This document shows, piece after piece, positions 27,701 through 37,600 of a stretch of 64,000 nt of DNA. This DNA is from Kiritimatiellia bacterium (lineage in GTDB: Bacteria; Verrucomicrobiota; Kiritimatiellia; RFP12; UBA1067), in the NCBI GenBank assembly GCA_018384485.1, contig JAHBAE010000064.1, positions 2,015-66,014 on the forward strand, given 5' to 3'. Position 1 is the first letter of the stretch; each line of letters starts with the position of its first letter. The notes beneath the pieces are model-generated. The model saw only the letters and a program-made list of their open reading frames with translations. It was not told the origin of the DNA and searched no databases. Made by a program: the position numbers and the translations under genes.

Positions 27701-28579
27701 ACGCTTCCGAACATAATTTACGGCTCCACGGCAGGAAATCGCGATACGACCGACGCTCAGCTTTGGTTTATCCGCTGCGTCATGGAGGCGGAGGAAAAAG
27801 GGATAGACGCTTCAAGTTTGAAGTTTCTTAAGAAGACTTGCCGCTCGATCGTTGAAAATTACATCAAGGGTACGCCCAATTCAATCCGTATGGACGAAGA
27901 GAGCGCTCTTGTTTGGTCGCCTTCGCATTTTACGTGGATGGATACGAATTATCCTGCATGCACGCCGCGTGAGGGCTATCCTGTTGAGATACAGGCTCTC
28001 TGGATTTCCGCTCTTAAGTATCTTGGATTGGCGGAGTTGGCCGAAAAGGCGCTTAAGTCTCTCAAAGAGCTTTTCAAAACTTCTTGCGGGTACGCAGATT
28101 GTCTTTCGGCTCCAAAGGGGGTAAGCGCTTGCAATGCCGTAAAGGATGAGGCAGTTCGCCCAAACCAGCTCTTTCTTCTGACGCTCGGCGTGGTGGACGA
28201 TACATCCATTCTGCGCGCGACGGAGAAGCTTCTCATTCCAGGAGGTGTGCGCTCTCTTTCGCCCGTCCATCCGTTGTACCGCGGCGTTTACACGGGTGAC
28301 GAGAACACGTCGCGCAAGCAATCGTATCATAATGGAACTGCGTGGATGTGGCCGTTCCCGCTTTATGCGGAATCGCTCTTTTTGACGCGTTCCGCCTCGC
28401 GCAAGGAAGCTCTTTCGCTTCTCGCCTCAGCGGTTGAAAATATCAACGCCGGCTGCGTGTGCCACATGAGTGAAATAGCCGATGGCGACGCACCTCATTC
28501 GCAGAAGGGGTGCGCGGCGCAGGCGTGGAGCATTTCAGAGCTCTTTAGAGTATATTTGAGGCTCAAGGAGGGGCAATGA
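24713..28579 (+). CDS. Bifunctional-type glycogen debranching enzyme: GH13 domain + amylo-alpha-1,6-glucosidase (GDE_C) domain
   Basis: GH13 regions are I FLDLPANHTG, II VDGFRCDAGYM (Asp293), III FMLEGLG (Glu322) and IV FAETHDN. The C-terminal AGYPWFLDWGRDTFIFMRG (nt ~27575-27610) is the GDE_C hallmark. Confidence 0.83.
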   Translation: MKQSPAPGEYLLKWRGDFIEVTLALPSPRKGRALLRTDIGGAKERRAEIIAEAEQDISPQSIGWRDIPLKEVSPGVFSSSIALDEIGVFSGKVCFFPEGVDVPEWPEGDNFRIKVQSSQTRASNSIYTVFPRQFGSFREVVRRLDHIMGNMGFKIIQTLPPFPVPTTYAVMGEYGCPFAATDFYSVDPAMAEFDSATTPLDQYEELIGAVHARGGLLFLDLPANHTGWGSTLQLHHPEWFKREADGKFKSPGAWGVVWEDLVELDYSHKELWHYMADVFLYWCRRGVDGFRCDAGYMIPEKVWAYIVSKVREEHPDTVFMLEGLGGDLAVTDNLLSRAGIDWAYSELFQTYDRGAFEWYLPQADTRAAKFGALVHFAETHDNSRLAEKGQTYARLRVILSSLLSWQGAWGITNGVEFFASEKIDVHGKNDLNWGATPNMVDLISRLNLILKNEPLFRGCSSVSPITRGDGNTLAVLKYKASSGNLPERKLLVLANLDCASSAEIDWDRNKFAHTEAFDLLTERKVSLAGRVHLEPGQVMCLSASPAPAVEKRKESLEIAAFNIDLSSDFTRDVVIPAGVAVEVSDSGEFNLRVSCRKTNRTLSAVRSEKCRGRMFSPPYEGDGTHCAFYDVSAERYSGGSVKRVKFSLAVPPPWEKAAFQLQFEGAKVRKEPLWRSILANGAGAVAQMRLGWGRIASQYDALLSANPDKEVPSDRINVWARMRCWLQCEGYVREFDEKYVTLFQADPAGRFAKWSFSVPCGMGRRADFVFTHRLVPGENTAVLTVERVSARGSSFSGEVRLVFRPDIEWRSFHTPMKAFLGAEKAFPAAVKKISDEHGEGFDFTPEKGAFSMRVKGGSYHSEPEWAYNIAHSEEAERGLDPSGDLFSPGWISADFAIGSSVEVIGAYLRQGEKFSSPLPATEEERAALMPLEQALPEAMRLFIVKRNELKTVIAGYPWFLDWGRDTFIFMRGMIAAGMMKESVEILRAFAAFEENGTLPNIIYGSTAGNRDTTDAQLWFIRCVMEAEEKGIDASSLKFLKKTCRSIVENYIKGTPNSIRMDEESALVWSPSHFTWMDTNYPACTPREGYPVEIQALWISALKYLGLAELAEKALKSLKELFKTSCGYADCLSAPKGVSACNAVKDEAVRPNQLFLLTLGVVDDTSILRATEKLLIPGGVRSLSPVHPLYRGVYTGDENTSRKQSYHNGTAWMWPFPLYAESLFLTRSASRKEALSLLASAVENINAGCVCHMSEIADGDAPHSQKGCAAQAWSISELFRVYLRLKEGQ

Positions 28580-29667
28580 AGAAATCGAAGATGAGGATCG
28601 CGCTTCTCGGTGCGGGCGGAATGGCGCGTTATCACATCGAGGGCTTTCGTGAAGGCGGCGCGGATGTCGTTGCCGTCTGCGATGTAAATCCTGACGCGGC
28701 GGAAAAATGCGCCAGCGACTTTTCCATTCCTGCCGTCTATTCTTCGGCCGATGAAATGATCGCCGCAGAAAAGCTTGATGCAGTTTCAGTTATCGTGCCA
28801 AACGCTTTTCACGCGCCGTTGGCTCTCAAGGCGTTGAAAAATTCTCTTCACGTCTATTGCGAAAAGCCGCCCGCACTCAACGCGCGTGAGACTATGGCAA
28901 TGGCAAAGGCTGCGGAGCGCGCCAAAAAGCGTCTAATGTTCGGCTTCTGCAACCGTGCGCGTCCTGAGGCTGCGGCGCTTCGCAAGGAGATCAGATCCGG
29001 GCGATTTGGAAAGATAGATTCAGCGCAGGCCATGTGGATTCGCAGAACGGGAATCCCTGGCTACGGCGGGTGGTTCACAACGAAAGCAGTTTCAGGGGGA
29101 GGGCCGTTGATAGATCTTCTTCACGGAGTGGATCTTGCGCTTTGGTTTATGGGCTATCCGAAGGGAGAATATGCCCTTGCGCGAACGTTCGATACTCTTG
29201 TTAGAGATAAGAAATTCCGCGGCCCGTGGGGGATGCCGACATTCAAGGATGGGACTTGCGATGTGGAGTCGGCGGCTCACGCATTTGTTACGCTCGAGGG
29301 CGGAGCGTGTCTTTCTCTGCGCTGTTCGTGGGCGGAGATGGTTGAGCGCGAGATGATGTCGGTCTCGCTTCAAGGCGCCAAAGAGGGTGCGGATATCACG
29401 CGGAAGTTCGGTGTCGATGGCGATGACGCAACGGCAGAGGATTCGTGCGGCCTTTACAGTATGTCTTCTTCAGGCAAGCGGATTGATAAGCCTCTTACGG
29501 ATAAGCGCGATGAAAAGATGGGACGAGTCAGATGCGCCGCGAATTTCGTGAGAACCGTCCTCGGCAAAGAAGAGCCGCTCTCGACTCCGGAGGAGGCGGT
29601 TGAGCTTATGAAGATAATCGACGCGGTGTATAAATCTGCGCGGACGGGGGCTCCCGTAAAAATTTGA
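28576..29667 (+). CDS. Gfo/Idh/MocA-family oxidoreductase (cytoplasmic)
   Basis: MRIALLGAGGMARYH Rossmann start and a YCEKPPAL motif. ATGA overlap with the upstream stop. Confidence 0.85.
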   Translation: MKKSKMRIALLGAGGMARYHIEGFREGGADVVAVCDVNPDAAEKCASDFSIPAVYSSADEMIAAEKLDAVSVIVPNAFHAPLALKALKNSLHVYCEKPPALNARETMAMAKAAERAKKRLMFGFCNRARPEAAALRKEIRSGRFGKIDSAQAMWIRRTGIPGYGGWFTTKAVSGGGPLIDLLHGVDLALWFMGYPKGEYALARTFDTLVRDKKFRGPWGMPTFKDGTCDVESAAHAFVTLEGGACLSLRCSWAEMVEREMMSVSLQGAKEGADITRKFGVDGDDATAEDSCGLYSMSSSGKRIDKPLTDKRDEKMGRVRCAANFVRTVLGKEEPLSTPEEAVELMKIIDAVYKSARTGAPVKI

Positions 29668-29714
29668 AATGGCAACGAAGAAAACATCTCAACGGATAAA
29701 AAGGTAAAACAAAA

Positions 29715-31685
29715 ATGAAGTATATTTTTTCAGCGGCATCGCTTCTTATCTACGCCTTCTCGACATTCGCAAAGGAGATTCCGAAGGAGATTGCCATCTC
29801 ATCTCCCGATAGGCGTGTTAGCTGCGTTTTCTCACTGGAAGACGGAGTGCCGCTTGCAGAAGTCGCTTTTGAGAATAAGAGAGTGTTTACGTCGCACCTC
29901 GGAAGAGTGTGCGAAAAGGGGAAAGTGTCCGACTTTAAAATAACTTCCGTCAATAGAGAATGGAAACCTGTTTGGGGTTTTAAGGAGAAGTATCCGGAGA
30001 ATTACACTCAACTTGAGGTTGTTCTTGTAAGAGACCAGGCTAAAGATTCTGAGCGTTCGCTGCAGACGCTTCTTCTGCGCTGCTACAATGAGGGCTTTGC
30101 AGTTCGCTCAAAATTCATGATGGAGCCGTATGGGCTTACGGCATTCTCGAAAGAGCGTACGGATTGGAGATTTGAGAAGGGGACGGCCGCCTGGCCGATA
30201 GAATGGGCTGAATCAACATTCCCTGCGGACCCCATCCCTCTTGAGAAGCTTTCGCCAGAGCCCGCGTGGAGAATGCCGCTTACAATGCGCGTCGCAAACG
30301 ACTGCTATGCAAGCCTTTTCGAGGCGCATGCCGAAAATTACCCGCGCAGTTTTCTCCAAGCGGAAGGAGGAGTTCTTTCGCCGCGTTTCGCTGTCGGCGT
30401 AAAGGAAGGGCGCGGCGAGATTTTTACTCCGTGGCGGGCCGTTGCGCTTGCGTCGTCTCCGGCAGAGCTTATCGAGAGGGCGTATTTTGTCGAGAACTTA
30501 AATCCTCCGTGCGCGATTGCCGACACATCCTGGATCAAGCCCGGGTATTGCATTTCAGATCACGGGAATTTCAAGCTCAAGACGGATGATGTCATATCTT
30601 CGGCGAAGTATGCAAAAGCGATAGGAGTAAAATATATTCAGATAGACTGGGGCTGGTACGGCACGGAGTATGAATGGACGGATGAGGATCGCGCTTCATA
30701 TCTTTCGCGTCATCCCGAGCTTAAAAACGAAAAGACATGGATTGAAAACACGAAGGCCAATCCTTACACCACGGCGTTTGGTGTAGTGCCGTATCATCCT
30801 TACTGGCCGTATTCCGGGCATAGCCATGTGGAGTTGGATATTCCAGCCATCGTCGCCGAATTCAGAAAGCATGATATCGGGCTCTGTCTTTATATCCACG
30901 GCAGCATTTTGGAGAAGTATGATATGGATGAGCTTTTTGCAACTTATGCCAAGTGGGGAGTCGTTGGGCTTAAGCCTGGCTTTGTCGCGTACGGCTCTCA
31001 GGCGTCAACCGATTTTATCCGCAAGTTGTGCGCGACCGCCGCGAAGCACCGTCTTTGGCTCGATATCCACGATGCGTACGTTCCTGACGGCATGGAACGC
31101 ACATGGCCTAATCTTATGATTTCAGAGGGCGGCGGCGGCGAGGAGGGGAATCATCCTGTCCGTCAGGATGTCGCGCTTCCTTTTACGCGTTGCCTCGTAG
31201 GCCCGTTTGATTATACTCCAGGCCTTTTCTATTATCGCAAGGCACGTGCGACGAAACTTCATAAGGCGGCGATGCTTTTAGCTTATCCTGGGCCCACCGC
31301 CATCATGCGCGGCTCGGCGAAGGAGCTTGTGGAGAAAAACGCTTCGATTGTGGAATTTCTTTCAGCGCTTCCATGGAATTACGACGACACTCGCGTTTAC
31401 GATGCCGAGATTTCGCGGCATTTGACGGTAGTGAGAAGGAAGGGGCGGGATTATTTCATCGCGTCTCTTACTGGAGATGAAGCGCATGAGACATCACTCT
31501 CTCTTTCGTTTTTGGAGGAAAACAAAAAATATAAACTCACTCTCTGGAGAGATGATGAGAAATGTGCCGGCACGCCGCGCGGTTTCGTCAGAGAGGAAAG
31601 ATTTGTCACGAAGGGCGGCGTTCTTAAGATCGCGATGTCCGCCTCGGGTGGTTTTTGCGCTCTTGTGCGCGAGGAAAAAGAATAA
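29715..31685 (+). CDS. GH97-like glycoside hydrolase (secreted)
   Basis: Signal MKYIFSAASLLIYAFSTFA. VKYIQIDWGWYG, WGVVGLKPGFV and IHDAYVPDGMERTWPNLMISEGGGGEE resemble GH97 catalytic-domain motifs. Confidence 0.7.
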   Translation: MKYIFSAASLLIYAFSTFAKEIPKEIAISSPDRRVSCVFSLEDGVPLAEVAFENKRVFTSHLGRVCEKGKVSDFKITSVNREWKPVWGFKEKYPENYTQLEVVLVRDQAKDSERSLQTLLLRCYNEGFAVRSKFMMEPYGLTAFSKERTDWRFEKGTAAWPIEWAESTFPADPIPLEKLSPEPAWRMPLTMRVANDCYASLFEAHAENYPRSFLQAEGGVLSPRFAVGVKEGRGEIFTPWRAVALASSPAELIERAYFVENLNPPCAIADTSWIKPGYCISDHGNFKLKTDDVISSAKYAKAIGVKYIQIDWGWYGTEYEWTDEDRASYLSRHPELKNEKTWIENTKANPYTTAFGVVPYHPYWPYSGHSHVELDIPAIVAEFRKHDIGLCLYIHGSILEKYDMDELFATYAKWGVVGLKPGFVAYGSQASTDFIRKLCATAAKHRLWLDIHDAYVPDGMERTWPNLMISEGGGGEEGNHPVRQDVALPFTRCLVGPFDYTPGLFYYRKARATKLHKAAMLLAYPGPTAIMRGSAKELVEKNASIVEFLSALPWNYDDTRVYDAEISRHLTVVRRKGRDYFIASLTGDEAHETSLSLSFLEENKKYKLTLWRDDEKCAGTPRGFVREERFVTKGGVLKIAMSASGGFCALVREEKE

Positions 31686-31690
31686 AAAAT

Positions 31691-32092
31691 ATGAAGAAAA
31701 TTACGATGGAATACCGCGTTCCGTACGCGGATACCGATATGATGGGGGTTGTTTATTACGCCAACTATCTCGTCTTTTTCGAACGTGCGCGCAATGAGCT
31801 GATGCGCTCGTGCGGTTATGCGTATAAGCAATGCGAAAGCGAAGGGTGGGGGTTGCCCGTAACCCATGCCGAATTGAGTTACCGCGGCAGCGCAAAGTAT
31901 GATGACCTTCTTGAGATAACGGCGTATGTTCAATCGCACAAGGGGGTGCGCATTGAAATCGCATGCGAAATCCGCAGAAAGGGCGAAGAGAAAATTCTCG
32001 TCAGCGGTTTTACGCGCCATGCTTTTATCGATTTGAAAACATTTCGCCCGTGTCCTCCTCCCGAGCGGTTCATAGAGATGCTCTCAGAATGA
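31691..32092 (+). CDS. Acyl-CoA thioesterase, 4HBT/YbgC hot-dog family
   Basis: VPYADTDMMGVVYYANYLVFFERAR carries the catalytic Asp motif. Start moved to ATG 31691, after the GH97 stop. Confidence 0.8.
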   Translation: MKKITMEYRVPYADTDMMGVVYYANYLVFFERARNELMRSCGYAYKQCESEGWGLPVTHAELSYRGSAKYDDLLEITAYVQSHKGVRIEIACEIRRKGEEKILVSGFTRHAFIDLKTFRPCPPPERFIEMLSE

Positions 32093-32121
32093 GAAACTCC
32101 TCTTAATTCATAAAAGTTATA

Positions 32122-32130
32122 TGCTATAAT
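32122..32130 (+). promoter_or_regulatory. Extended -10 promoter TGCTATAAT (near-leaderless argH mRNA)
   Basis: TGCTATAATACG; the -10 ends 9 nt before ATG 32140; there is no SD. Confidence 0.55.
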
Positions 32131-32139
32131 ACGAAAACA

Positions 32140-33513
32140 ATGAAGGCTAAAAATTCGAAAAAGACGATCACTGATTCGACAGTCGATCAGGATGTTTTAA
32201 CTTATACGGTAGGCGAAGACACAATCCTCGACAAAGCTCTTATTAAGTGGGATTGTATGGGGACCGCGGCGCATGTGACGATGCTCAGTGAAATAAAAGG
32301 TCTTAAAAGGCCCATTGTCACAAAGAAGGAAAGCGCACTTGTGCGCAAGGAGCTGGCGAGAGTCGTCTCCCTCGCGGAAAAAGGCGCTTTTACGATTCGC
32401 GAAGACGACCAGGATGTCCACATGGCCGTTGAAAGGGCGCTCACCGAACGCCTTGGCGATCTCGGAAAGAAGATTCACACTGGCCGCTCCCGCAACGATC
32501 AAGTTGCTGTAGATGTAAGGCTTCACATTAAAAGCGAGATTCTTTCTCTTGAAAAGGAATTGTGCGCGCTTTCCGCCGCGCTCTGCTCGTTCGGGGCGAA
32601 GGCCGGAGCCGTTCCTCTCGTAGGGCGTACGCATCTGCAGCCCGCTATGCCCTCGACGGTTGAAATGTGGGCCACGGGGCATGCTGAAATGGTGCTTGAT
32701 CAGCTTGAGAATTTCGAGGCGGCGTATCGCCTTGCCGATTTAAACCCATTGGGTTCCGCAGCCGGCTACGGAGTTCCTCTTCCGCTCGATCGCTCGCGTA
32801 CAACAGAGCTTCTCGGTTTTTCGCGCACGATCCACAATTGCTTCGGCGCTTCGATGGCGCGCGGCGAATGTGAAGCTTCGTTTCTTTCCGCTCTCGCCCA
32901 GCTGATGTGCGTCCTGTCGCGTCTTGCCGAGGATATGATAATTTTCTCAATGCCTGAATTTGCATATTTCCGCCTTCCCCGCGAATACTGCACAGGCTCG
33001 TCGATCATGCCGCAGAAATATAATCCCGACGTCCTTGAATTGGTTCGCGGCAAAACTGCGCAGGTGGTGGGATGGCAGACGGCGGCGCTTACGCTTCTCC
33101 ACGCGATGCCCGGAGGCTACAACCGCGATTTGCAGGATGCGAAGCTTCTTTATATGAAGGGGCTTGAGACGGTGCGCACCACTCTGCGCATTCTTGCGAA
33201 ACTCGTCGCCGGGATGACGGTAGATGCCGATGCTTGCCGCGCCGCGTTTTCGCCCGGTGTGTTCGCAACCGACGTTGCCCTTCGCAAGGTTGCCGCGGGA
33301 GTTCCGTGGCGCGATGCATACCATGACGTGCGCGACCATCTTGAGATGCTGGAAAGCGAGGATGCCGATGCGGCAGTGAAGGCGAAGAGCCACGAAGGAA
33401 CTTGCCTCGGCATCGATCTTGGAATTTATCTCAAGCGTATTTCTGATGCAACGGCGTCGGCTGAAAAGCGCCTTGATGCGCTTGAAGGCTGCTGCAGAAA
33501 ATTGCTGCGATAA
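32140..33513 (+). CDS. argH: Argininosuccinate lyase
   Basis: TGRSRNDQVA and the fumarate-lyase signature GSSIMPQKYNPD. Confidence 0.93.
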   Translation: MKAKNSKKTITDSTVDQDVLTYTVGEDTILDKALIKWDCMGTAAHVTMLSEIKGLKRPIVTKKESALVRKELARVVSLAEKGAFTIREDDQDVHMAVERALTERLGDLGKKIHTGRSRNDQVAVDVRLHIKSEILSLEKELCALSAALCSFGAKAGAVPLVGRTHLQPAMPSTVEMWATGHAEMVLDQLENFEAAYRLADLNPLGSAAGYGVPLPLDRSRTTELLGFSRTIHNCFGASMARGECEASFLSALAQLMCVLSRLAEDMIIFSMPEFAYFRLPREYCTGSSIMPQKYNPDVLELVRGKTAQVVGWQTAALTLLHAMPGGYNRDLQDAKLLYMKGLETVRTTLRILAKLVAGMTVDADACRAAFSPGVFATDVALRKVAAGVPWRDAYHDVRDHLEMLESEDADAAVKAKSHEGTCLGIDLGIYLKRISDATASAEKRLDALEGCCRKLLR

Positions 33514-33650
33514 GCCAAAGTGAAAAGGGATTGCAGAGCAGGAATGTGAACTAGCCCAAACGCTGCACGCATAGGGTGCAAGGCGACATTTGATGTAAGG
33601 GAAACGCGAAGTTATTGCAGGGGGGAAGGTGTTCAGGGGCTATAAGTTTG

Positions 33651-33659
33651 TGGTATAAT
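33651..33659 (+). promoter_or_regulatory. Extended -10 promoter TGGTATAAT (leaderless ftsB mRNA)
   Basis: The -10 ends 7 nt before ATG 33667; there is no SD. Confidence 0.55.
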
Positions 33660-33666
33660 ATTCAGT

Positions 33667-33954
33667 ATGAAGGAAGATTTTCGTAAAACTTTAATGTTAT
33701 GGTTCACAGTCATAGCGGTAGTATCCGTTATTGGCGTGGGGGTTTTTACTCTCGTGCCGCAGTGCGAACGTAGAAGTTTCTTTCGTAAAAAAGAGGCGGA
33801 GCTTAGAGCGCAAATAGAAGCAAAGAAGCGCGAAATTGCCAAGCTTTCGGAAAATCAGCGGCGGTTTCGCGAAGATTCTGATTTTGTAGAGTCTATTGCA
33901 AGGCAGAATCGGCGAGTGTTTCCCGGCGAGCTTGTGTTCATTTTTGAAGACTAA
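33667..33954 (+). CDS. ftsB: Septum formation initiator (FtsB/DivIC family)
   Basis: One N-terminal TM, a coiled coil (EAELRAQIEAKKREIAKLSENQRR) and a C-terminal DSDFVESIARQNRRVFPGELVF motif. Confidence 0.75.
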   Translation: MKEDFRKTLMLWFTVIAVVSVIGVGVFTLVPQCERRSFFRKKEAELRAQIEAKKREIAKLSENQRRFREDSDFVESIARQNRRVFPGELVFIFED

Positions 33955-34655
33955 TGGCTGCATTCCTGAGATTTCTCCTTGGCGTCTGTCTGCTCCCAAT
34001 GTGCTGGGCGTTTCTGCGCGTTTTTCTCGATGCGGTAAGCATTGCTGGTGAAACGAGCGCGTTTAGCGCGGAGGTCATCGCGCTCCTCGGGGGAATCGCC
34101 GCGTTTATTTTATGCTGGGCTGCGATAACGCGGCCCGTAAGGGCGTATGTTCTTGGACATGAGCTTACTCACGCACTGTGGGGGCTTGTATTCGGGGCTC
34201 GTCCGAGCGATTTGAAAGTAGGCGCAAATGGAGGCAGCGTCAGGCTTACAAAGACGAATGTCCTCATAACTTTAGCTCCGTATTTCTTTCCTTTTTACAC
34301 GTTTATTGTTATTGTGGTCGGGCTTATAACGTACGCTTTTCTGCGTCCTCTGCCATACCTGCCTTTGTGGATGTTTCTCATTGGCTTTACATGGGCGTTT
34401 CATATCCTCTTTACGATGCAGACTCTCTGTGAGCGCCAGCCTGATGTGAAAATTTACGGCCGCGTTTTTTCATGGAGTATAATTTTTCTCGCCAATCTCA
34501 TTATTGTTCTCGTATGGCTCGCATGCGCCACTTCTTATACGTTCAGCGCGATGTATTCCTCGTCGATTTCACACATCTCAAATTCGTACGTATGCGTCGG
34601 CTCTTCGATATGGAGCGCGGTTAAATTCATTTATATAAAAATCAAAGGAGAATGA
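33954..34655 (+). CDS. Polytopic membrane protein with HExxH, M50B-like putative metalloprotease
   Basis: LGHELTHALWGLVFGARPSDLKVGANGGSV follows the M50B-like pattern HExxH...G...G.G. There are several TM helices. TAATG overlap with ftsB. Confidence 0.5.
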   Translation: MAAFLRFLLGVCLLPMCWAFLRVFLDAVSIAGETSAFSAEVIALLGGIAAFILCWAAITRPVRAYVLGHELTHALWGLVFGARPSDLKVGANGGSVRLTKTNVLITLAPYFFPFYTFIVIVVGLITYAFLRPLPYLPLWMFLIGFTWAFHILFTMQTLCERQPDVKIYGRVFSWSIIFLANLIIVLVWLACATSYTFSAMYSSSISHISNSYVCVGSSIWSAVKFIYIKIKGE

Positions 34656-34659
34656 AATT

Positions 34660-37600
34660 ATGAATATTGCGATATTGGCGGCGGCAGCCGTTGCGGCGGC
34701 ATCGCCAAACTGGGAAAATCTTGCCGTAAATTCAGAAGGCAGAATGCCTCCGCGCACATACTCGGTGCCGTTAGCGGACGAGCAGGCGGCCTTTTCGAAA
34801 GAGTTGCGCATTCCTTCTCCTTATGTTAAATCTCTCAATGGCAAATGGAAAATCTCGTGGGTGGGCGATCCCGCGCAGAGAGTGATGGATTTTTGGAAGA
34901 ACGGTTACGACGATTCCGATTGGCTTGAGGTCAACGTTCCCGGATGTGTCGAGCTGCAAGGCTTTGGCTCGCCAGGTTACGTGAATATCCGTTACCCCCA
35001 CGCTTGGGATCCTAAGCGCGATATCGCCAATCCAACCATCCGCAACCGCGATACCGACAAGCCCGACTACAACCCGGTGTCGAGCTACCGCACTTCCTTT
35101 ACCGTCCCGGCTGACTGGAAGGGGCGCGATGTATTCATCCGTTTCGACGGCGTCTATTCAGCCTACACGCTTTGGGTGAACGGAGTTAAGGTAGGCTATG
35201 CGGAAGATTCTAAGCTTCCGAGCGAATTTAATATTTCAGACTACATTAACGCTGATTTATCGCGCCCGAACGTCTTGGCGGTTGAAGTCTTCCGCTGGTG
35301 TGACGGCAGCTTCTTAGAAGATCAGGATATGTTCAGATATTCCGGCATTTTCCGCGATGTTACAATCTGGTCCATGCCGAAGGGCGGCGTCTGGGATTTC
35401 CACGTCGCGACTGAGCTTAAGGACGACTATAAGAATGCGATTTTGTCTGTTACTGGTTGCGATGGCGCAGAGGCGCGTCTTTACGATGCAAGCGGCTCGC
35501 TCGTAGGCGCTTTTACCGCAGGTCCCGTAGCGCTGGAGGTTAAGAACGTGCGTCTCTGGTCTGCCGAAGATCCGTACCTCTATACGCTCGTTCTTAAAAA
35601 AGGCGGCGATATCCGCTCAAAGAAAATCGGCTTCAAGGAGCAGAAGATTGTAGGCAATACGTTTTTCGTAAACGGTAAGGCCATCAAACTCAAAGGCGTA
35701 AATCGCCACGAATGCAGTGTTGATGGTGGCCGCACGGTTTCGCTCGCCGATATGATTGCCGATATTGAACTGTTTAAGAAATACAACATCAATACCGTCC
35801 GCACAAGTCACTACCCCAATCATCATCTTTGGTACGACCTTTGCGATCTCTACGGCGTTTATGTCGTAGCGGAGGCTAATGTCGAGGGTCATGAGCCGGG
35901 GTACGACAAAGATGGCCTTGGCCGTCATCCTGAGTGGGATCATTCAATTATTGAGCGGAATGAGCGCCATGTTGTTTTCTACCGCAATAACGTTTCTGTG
36001 ACGCTTTGGTCTCTTGGCAATGAAACTGGCCACGGCAACGGCTTTCGCCGCGCAGCTGCCGCCGTCCGCGCGGCAGACCCCACCCGTCCGATTCACTGGG
36101 AGCGCGGCAATGAAGATGTTGATGTAGATTCTTCAATGTATCCGGGAGTTGAATGGCTTATCCAACGCGGCAAACTCGGCAATGAAAAGCCAGGCGCTAA
36201 GGGCGGACTTAAAAGCGAGGCGGGCGGCCTTGGTTTCGCGATTTCTGGGCATACTGCCGGCAAGCCGTTCTTCCTCTGCGAATACGCTCACGCGATGGGG
36301 AATGCCGTTGGCAACCTTCAGGAGTATTGGGATGTATTCTATGAATATCCTTCGCTTATCGGCGGATGCATCTGGGACTGGGTTGACCAGGCCGTCTGGA
36401 AGTATTCCGGCCGGGTTGATCCTGTCACAGGCAAGAAGGAGCGTTTCCTTGCCTACGGCGGAGATTGGGATGAAGAGCCAAATGACGGCCCGTTCTGCTG
36501 CAACGGTGTTGTCGATCCGTTTCGCAATGTAAGCGCGAAGCTTATTGAGGTGGGGCATGTCTACCGCAATATCGTTGTGTCGCGTTCAAAGGATGAAAAA
36601 GATAATCCTCATGCAGTCGTCCTTGAGCTTTGGAACAGGTTCGGCTTTACATCTCCTTCCTCCTTTGATGGGCTTTGGCGCCTTCGCGTCGATGGAGTCG
36701 TGAGCGCCACCGGCGCGTTCGTGCCTCCTGCGCTTGCTCCCTTGAGCCGTTGCAGGTTCACGATTCCTGGGCTTGCGGAGGCTCTCTCGCGCACATCCGC
36801 CGATTCCGAGGTTTATCTGGAAGTTGAATTCCTTACTAAGGCGGATACAATCTGGGCTAAGAAGGGTTGGGCTGTTTCGCGCAACCAGATTGATCTTTCG
36901 GCTAAAGGCGTGAAGTCGTTTCTTGCCGAGGCGAAGGAGCCTTTCATGCCTAAGATCACAGAGTCTTCAAGAAGCGTCACTGTTGTTGCAGGCACTACAA
37001 AGGCGGAGTTTTGCAGGAAGAGCGGCACCTTGAGCTCCCTTGAAATGGACGGGCGTGTGATTCTTCGCGATCCTATTCCCGGTGTAGTAAGAGGCCCTCG
37101 CCTTACTTGCGCCCGCGCATTTACGGATAACGACCGTAGGATGAGAGACGGCGGTTCATGGCGCGACCGCAGGCATGGAGGCTTTTATTCAAAGGGTCTC
37201 TCCCAGCTTTCCTATCATGCAAGGCCTATCAAAATCGAAGGCGGCAAGATTAAGACGGTTGTGGAGGTTACGGGCTCTAAGTCGGCAGGCTTTACCCACG
37301 AGGCAGTCTGGAGTTTTACGGCCGAGGGGGCGATTATTGTTGAAAACAAGTCTCTTCCCCATGGTGATTTCCCACACAACATCCCGCGCATAGGTCTTTC
37401 GCTCGTTCTCGATCCCGCGCTTGAGCGCATGGCATATTACGGGCGCGGCCCGAGGGAGAACTACATCGACCGCTGCACAGGCTCGTTCCTTGGCCTTTGG
37501 GAGTCTACTGTGACTGAGCAGTACGAGCCTTATGTAAGGCCGCAGGATAACGGCGGAAAGACGGCTGTAAGATATGTCGACTTCAAAGATGGCGCAGGCC

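Noticed and set aside
33528-33635. Two ~19-nt similar segments (ATTGCAGAGCAGGAATGTG / ATTGCAGGGGGGAAGGTGT) upstream of the ftsB promoter
   Set aside because: Identity is only about 75% and needs a 1-nt gap, and there is a single pair. This is too weak to call a repeat or operator without comparative data.
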